Shown piece after piece: positions 58,904 through 64,000 of a stretch of DNA of 64,000 bases. The notes under the pieces are model-generated. The model made no database searches. It was not told the DNA's origin and was given only the letters and a program-made list of their open reading frames with translations. Where the stretch lies: NCBI RefSeq assembly GCF_009914755.1, contig NC_060947.1; one strand, 5' to 3'. Position 1 is the first letter of the stretch; the number at the start of each line of letters is the position of its first letter. The translations under genes and the position numbers were made by a program. The stretch is from the human T2T-CHM13v2.0 reference genome, Homo sapiens.

Positions 58904-59984
58904 TTACACAAGGATTTCACATAACCTCTCTGTTATTCATTTAGAGATGTCTAAAAGTAATTCCTGAGAAATTTGGAATTTTTATTGAACATGTCAGAAT
59001 CTTCTCTAAATAACTTCTGAATCACCTGTAAATGCACCATTGATTTGGATAATGGTGGAATCTAGCTGTGGAATAAGTTAAAAGGTCATAAGGCCTCCAA
59101 GGGTGAAATTTCAGTGAGGTAACCAGCCAGGCTACGGAGCAGCTCGGTGAGCATTTCATCAGTTTGGAGTAGAATATGGGGAGATGATACCTTTTCTCAA
59201 CTCAGGTAAAAAGAATTTGACCAAGTTCTCATACCAGCTTTTATGTTACACAGCTGTTTATTACCATCAATGTTTTTGAAAACTGGGCAGCATAATTTCC
59301 ATCATGCTATGTCCCTGGTTCTACTTATTATTTGGACCTCCTGATTTACTGACTAAAACTACTATTTAATTATCTGTATACAAATTCACCGGCCATTTTC
59401 CTTTGAGGTATCCCTATTTGGCCAGAAAATTTAGAGCAAAAGATGTTCAATTCAGAAATTTCTTTTTAATGTTATTTATCAGTTTTAACTGATATACATA
59501 ATCTTTCACTTTACTGTCAGAGATTTATAACAAAATTATCCAGTGATATCTACTGAATAAAAAAGTAATGTTTATCCTCAGTATACCAATTGTTCAGTTT
59601 TGGTGCAAGGTGGTTTAATATGTCACAGCTCTAGGTAAGAATATAGTAAGAAACCCTGAGAGGGACATGTTTAATTGTAAAACTGTGAAGCACATAAATA
59701 CATACTTACTATTATCAATAATAATAGTTACCATTTAAATATTGCCTGCTATATATCACAAAGCACTAAGAGGCTTAAAATACATTTTTCTCTGTCCTGT
59801 ACAATTCTATTTAAAAATAGGCAAAATTTCTCCACTTTGTATGTAAGGAGAATGAGTCACAAAAATGTTAAGCAACTTGATCAGGCCCAACTGCCAATAA
59901 GTTTGAAGACAGGATTCAAACCTCAGTTTGCCTCTCCAAATCTCAGGAACTATACCAAGCCATGAGTTACATATTAAACAGCTA

Positions 59985-60314
<330 letters not shown>

Positions 60315-60417
60315 ACAGCTAAGGCTAACAGTCAATATTAAAAATTATAAACACTAAAGTGTTTCTCTAACTTATTATTTTGCATTTAACAAAATACCAT
60401 TTTCCCATAAAGTCTAT

Positions 60418-60850
60418 TGTTAAAGCAAACTAAATACGGCCTGAGAAGGACTCCGTACTTCTATATTTGAGTCCCTGTGGATGAACTACAACCTATCTCA
60501 ATAGGTAGACAAGATTGAAAAACTAACTTAGGAGTATGGGCCTGTGACAATCACTCAGTCTTGGCCAATCCCAGCCGCCATTCTTCAGCCAGTTATACAC
60601 TGCTGATTGTTCAAACTGTGTTCAAATAAGGCAAACAGCGAGCTGTAACCAATCCAGCTGTTTCTGCATCTCACTTCCGATTTCTACATGTCACTTTACT
60701 TTTTTTTGTCTATAAATTTATTCTGACCACAAGGCACCCCTGGAGTCTCTCTGAATCTGCTGTAATTCTGAGGGCTGCCTGATTCGCAAATCGTTCATTG
60801 CTCAATTAAACTCCTTTAACTTTAATTTGGCTCAAGTTTTTCTTTTAACA
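60418..60850 (+). mobile_element. ERV1 solo LTR, MER57-like
   Basis: TGTTAAAGCAAACTAAATACGGCCTGAGAAGGACTCCGTAC...TTTTAACA; TSD ctat; CCAAT boxes and tataaa inside. Confidence 0.82.
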
Positions 60851-60919
60851 CTATATTTTTTTTTTTTGTCTTTTAGCATCATTTTTAAAAATAGCATTTA
60901 ACTCCTTTGATTCAGTGGT

Positions 60920-62051
60920 TGCTATGGTTTCACTATTTATCCCCTCCAAAATTTAACCCCCAGTGTGGCAGTATTGAGAGGGGAGGCCTTTAAGAGGCAC
61001 TTGGATCATGAAAGTTCTGCCCTAATGGATTAATGAGTTAATGGATTAATGCATTATCATGGGAATGGCACTGGTGGCTTGATAAGAAGAGAGACCTGAG
61101 CTAGCAAGTTAGCATACACAGCCCTCCTGCCATGTGATGCCCCAGGCCATTGGGACCCTGTAGAGAGTTCCCACCAGCAAGAAGGCCCTCACCAGATGTG
61201 TCCTTTTGACCTGGGACTTCTTGAAATGGTCTTTGCAAAAATTATAACGGTGAGAAAATGATGGAAGTGAAAGGGATCTAATCTAGCCAACTCCTCTCTT
61301 GCCTTTAGCCTTCAAGCTGCTCTTAATTATTCCTGGGCTTATGCCAAGCTAACTTTGGGAGACATTTATAGTTTAAATGACAATAGCCCTTCCCCAAAAC
61401 TCAACCGCGTTTGTAGAGCTAATGAGAGACCACCAGGCTAGGAGGATAGGGGAAACTAAATTCTGCTGCGGTGTAGACATACAGGATTGCCAGCCATTAT
61501 TCCAGAGGTCACAAGACACGCGACTTCCCCAACTACTCTTGCAGACAACATCACTATTGTAGAACTTAAGATTGGCCTTTTGAGATATCTGTTCAGATAT
61601 ATTTCATGTCTGATGACTGATGGCTCCACCTGCACCTGCCAACTGCTCCTGTGGCCCCGCCCAGAAGAGACTCAGTGCACAGGAGGACCCTTGCCCACAG
61701 TCCTATGATTGCAATCCCTACCAGTCAGCAGCAAGCACCTATTGCGTAGCTTTCCACATGCCTTTCCCCAAACCGATCTTGAAAACCCTAGCCTCAGACT
61801 TCTTGAGGAGACTGATTTGAGTAATAGTAAAACTCTGATCTTCTGCTTAGCTGGTGGCTGTACATGTATAAAACTCTCCATTGCAATTCCCTTGTCTTGA
61901 TAAATCAGCTCTACCTGGGCAGCAGGAAAGAAGAACCTATTGTGCAGATACATTCTGAGCCTCCATAACTGTAAGAAATAAGTTCCTTTTTGAAATAAGT
62001 AACCTAGTTTCAGGTATTCTGTTTTATAGCAACAGCAAATGAATTAATACC
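60920..62051 (+). mobile_element. ERVL-MaLR MST (MSTB-like) LTR, split by a nested ERV1 LTR
   Basis: tgctatggttt... to ...gacctgggacttct, resuming gagcctccataactgtaagaaataa...caggtattctgttttatagcaacagcaaatgaattaatac. Confidence 0.82.
61222..61952 (+). mobile_element. ERV1 solo LTR of the LTR8/LTR26 group, nested in MST
   Basis: TG...CA; TSD ttct (61218-61221 / 61953-61956); shares gagactgatttgagtaata and gtcttgataaatc blocks with the neighbouring LTR8s. Confidence 0.82.
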
Positions 62052-62133
62052 GAGCAAATGAATTAATACCGTATTGGGATATCTTAGATGTTTTGGCATT
62101 GAAGCTTTGTCTTACGAAAATGCATTCAGGTAT

Positions 62134-62855
62134 TGAAACCACCATTGCAAAATTATAACTGAAATAGTGAAAGAGATCTGATGTAACCAACTCCCTCTTG
62201 CATCTAAGCCCCAGGCTGTCCTTGCTCATTCCTGGGGGTAAGCTGAAATAACTTTGGGAGGAACTTAGTTTATAGCTTATGGTTTAAAACAAAGGCAATG
62301 ACAACCCTTCCCCAAAACCAACCTCCTTCTTGCCTGGGGACTAGACTGCCTTTGTAGGACTAACAAAATAGCCAAAAGATTAGAAATTACGGTTTAGTAG
62401 TCATGCAGCTAGAGACTACAAGATACTGCTTCTCCCCAAATTGCTCCTGGGCATAAAGTCACCATTGTAAAGCCTAAGATCAGTGCTTGAGACGTTTTGC
62501 AGACCCTGCACTCGATGGATCAACTGGTACCACACAGATCAATAAACTGGCTCATCTCATCCTATGACCCCCCACTCAGGAACTGACTCAGGGCAAGACA
62601 GCTTTGACTCCCTATGATTTCATCTCTGATCCAACCAATCATTACTTCTGACCACTGGCTGCTCCCCACCCACCAAATTGTCCTTAAAAACCCTGGTCCC
62701 CAAATGCTCAGGGAGACTGATTTGAGTAATAATAAAACTCCAGTCTCCCATACAGCCTGCTCTGCATGAATTACTCTTTCTCTATTGCAATTTCCCTGTC
62801 TTGATAAATCAACTCTGTCTAGAGAGTGGGCAAGGTGAACCTGATGGCAATTGCA
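62134..62855 (+). mobile_element. LTR8/LTR8A-like solo LTR
   Basis: TGAAACCACCATTGCAAAATTATAACTGA...TTGCA; TSD gtat (62130-62133 / 62856-62859). Confidence 0.87.
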
Positions 62856-63184
62856 GTATGTATGTATACCCAACATCTTGTATGTAATTTTAAGGGATGC
62901 AAGGATCCCAAAATAAACTAGAACTTTAGGGTGATCGAGTGTCTGGTGTGCCTGGGGGCTAAGCAGGTTTGTGGGATATGGGACTTTAAATTTTAAAACT
63001 GAGAAATTCCTGAAAAACAAAAACAAACAAAAATAAAACAAGAAAAGTTGGTTACCCTAAAATGTAACGTTTATATAGCACTTTAATAAATACTATTTAC
63101 TAGAAGCTAAGGCTTTTGGTTATGTATATTATAAATTAGGCCATAGGGCAAAGCAAGAAAATGAAAGCTTTACTAGGTCAAAAC

Positions 63185-63859
63185 TGTGACCGCCCAAGAG
63201 GTTCAACTCGCCTGCTGCCTGGACAGAGCCGATTCATCAAGACAGGGGAATTGCAATAGAGAAAGAGTAACTCCCTCAGAGCCAGCTGTGCGGGAGACCG
63301 AAGTTTTATTATTACTCAAATCAGTCTCCCCAAGCATTCGGGGAGCAGAGTTTTTAAGGATAACTTGGTGGGTGGGGGGAAGCCAGTGAGCCAGGAGTGC
63401 TGACTGGTCAGAGATGAAATCACAGGGAGTCGGAGCTGTCTTCTTGCGCTGAGTCAGTTCCTGGGTGGAGGCCACAAGATCAGATGAGCCAGTTTATTGA
63501 TCTGGGTGGTGCCAGCTGATCCATCAAGTGCAGGGTCTGCAAAATATCTCAAGCACTGATCTTAGGAGCAGTTTGGTGGGGGTCAGAATCTTGTTGCCTC
63601 CAGCTGCATGACTCCTAAACCATAATTTCTAACACTGTGGCTGATGTTAGTCCTACAAACGCAAGTCCCAGGCAAGAAGGAATTTTGCTCTGGGAAAGGG
63701 CTGTTACCATCTTTAAACTGTAAACTAAGTTTCTCCCAAAGTTAGTTCAGCCTATGCCCAGGAATGAACGAAGACAGCTTGGAGGTTAGAAGCAAGATGG
63801 AGTCAGTTAAGTTAGATTGTTTTCACTGTCTCAGACCTAATTTTGCAAAGGTGGTTTCA
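63185..63859 (-). mobile_element. LTR8; 3' LTR of a provirus oriented sense to DMD
   Basis: Minus strand TGAAACCACCTTTGCAAAATTA...GGGCGGTCACA (675 bp); AATAAA on minus at 63305-63310. Confidence 0.87.
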
Positions 63860-64000
63860 ATCCCTTCCTTTGGGTTTTCTAACACTTTAACCCTAAGGTA
63901 TAGGCTATAAAGATGGGAAAAGGCCGTCGATCGCTCTGGCTTCTTCCTGCTGATGGGGGAAGTAGCGGGAATGGGAACGAACTCCAAGGTGAGAAGAGTG
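63860..64000 (-). mobile_element. ERV internal sequence 3' end with polypurine tract (HUERS-P1-like); continues beyond the window
   Basis: Minus strand ...cccAAAGGAAGGGat|TGAAACC abuts the LTR; no TSD matching the other LTR end (aaac). LTR8 is the LTR of HUERS-P1 (recalled). Confidence 0.65.

Noticed and set aside
62562-63475. ORFs of 159, 67 and 90 aa with a shared LLLLKSVS/ETDLSN motif
   Set aside because: Translations of homologous LTR8-family sequence, not a protein family.

Overview
AT-rich human (or very close great-ape) genomic DNA from the 5' part of the dystrophin gene DMD, which is transcribed on the minus strand. The only real coding sequence is the 62-bp DMD exon 2 (6546-6607, minus), with ~6.5 kb of intron 2 to its left and ~57 kb of intron 1 to its right. 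The introns hold a nearly intact TBCA processed pseudogene (probably TBCAP1), 22 Alus, L1/L2/MIR/MER5 fragments, several solo LTRs, and a dense LTR cluster ending in the 3' end of a DMD-sense LTR8-type provirus. Almost all ORFs in the supplied track are repeat-derived or chance. Best leads: a latent 132/46-nt pseudoexon in intron 2, one substitution from activation, which also contains an antisense match to muscle exon 1; a CpG/NRF1 promoter-like fragment carried by the TBCA retrocopy; the sense-oriented provirus, possibly the element linked to the embryonic Dp412e isoform; and two non-tandem micro-duplications. I see no evidence of a wholly new gene system. Locus identity, repeat subfamily names and literature links come from memory and need RepeatMasker/BLAST confirmation.
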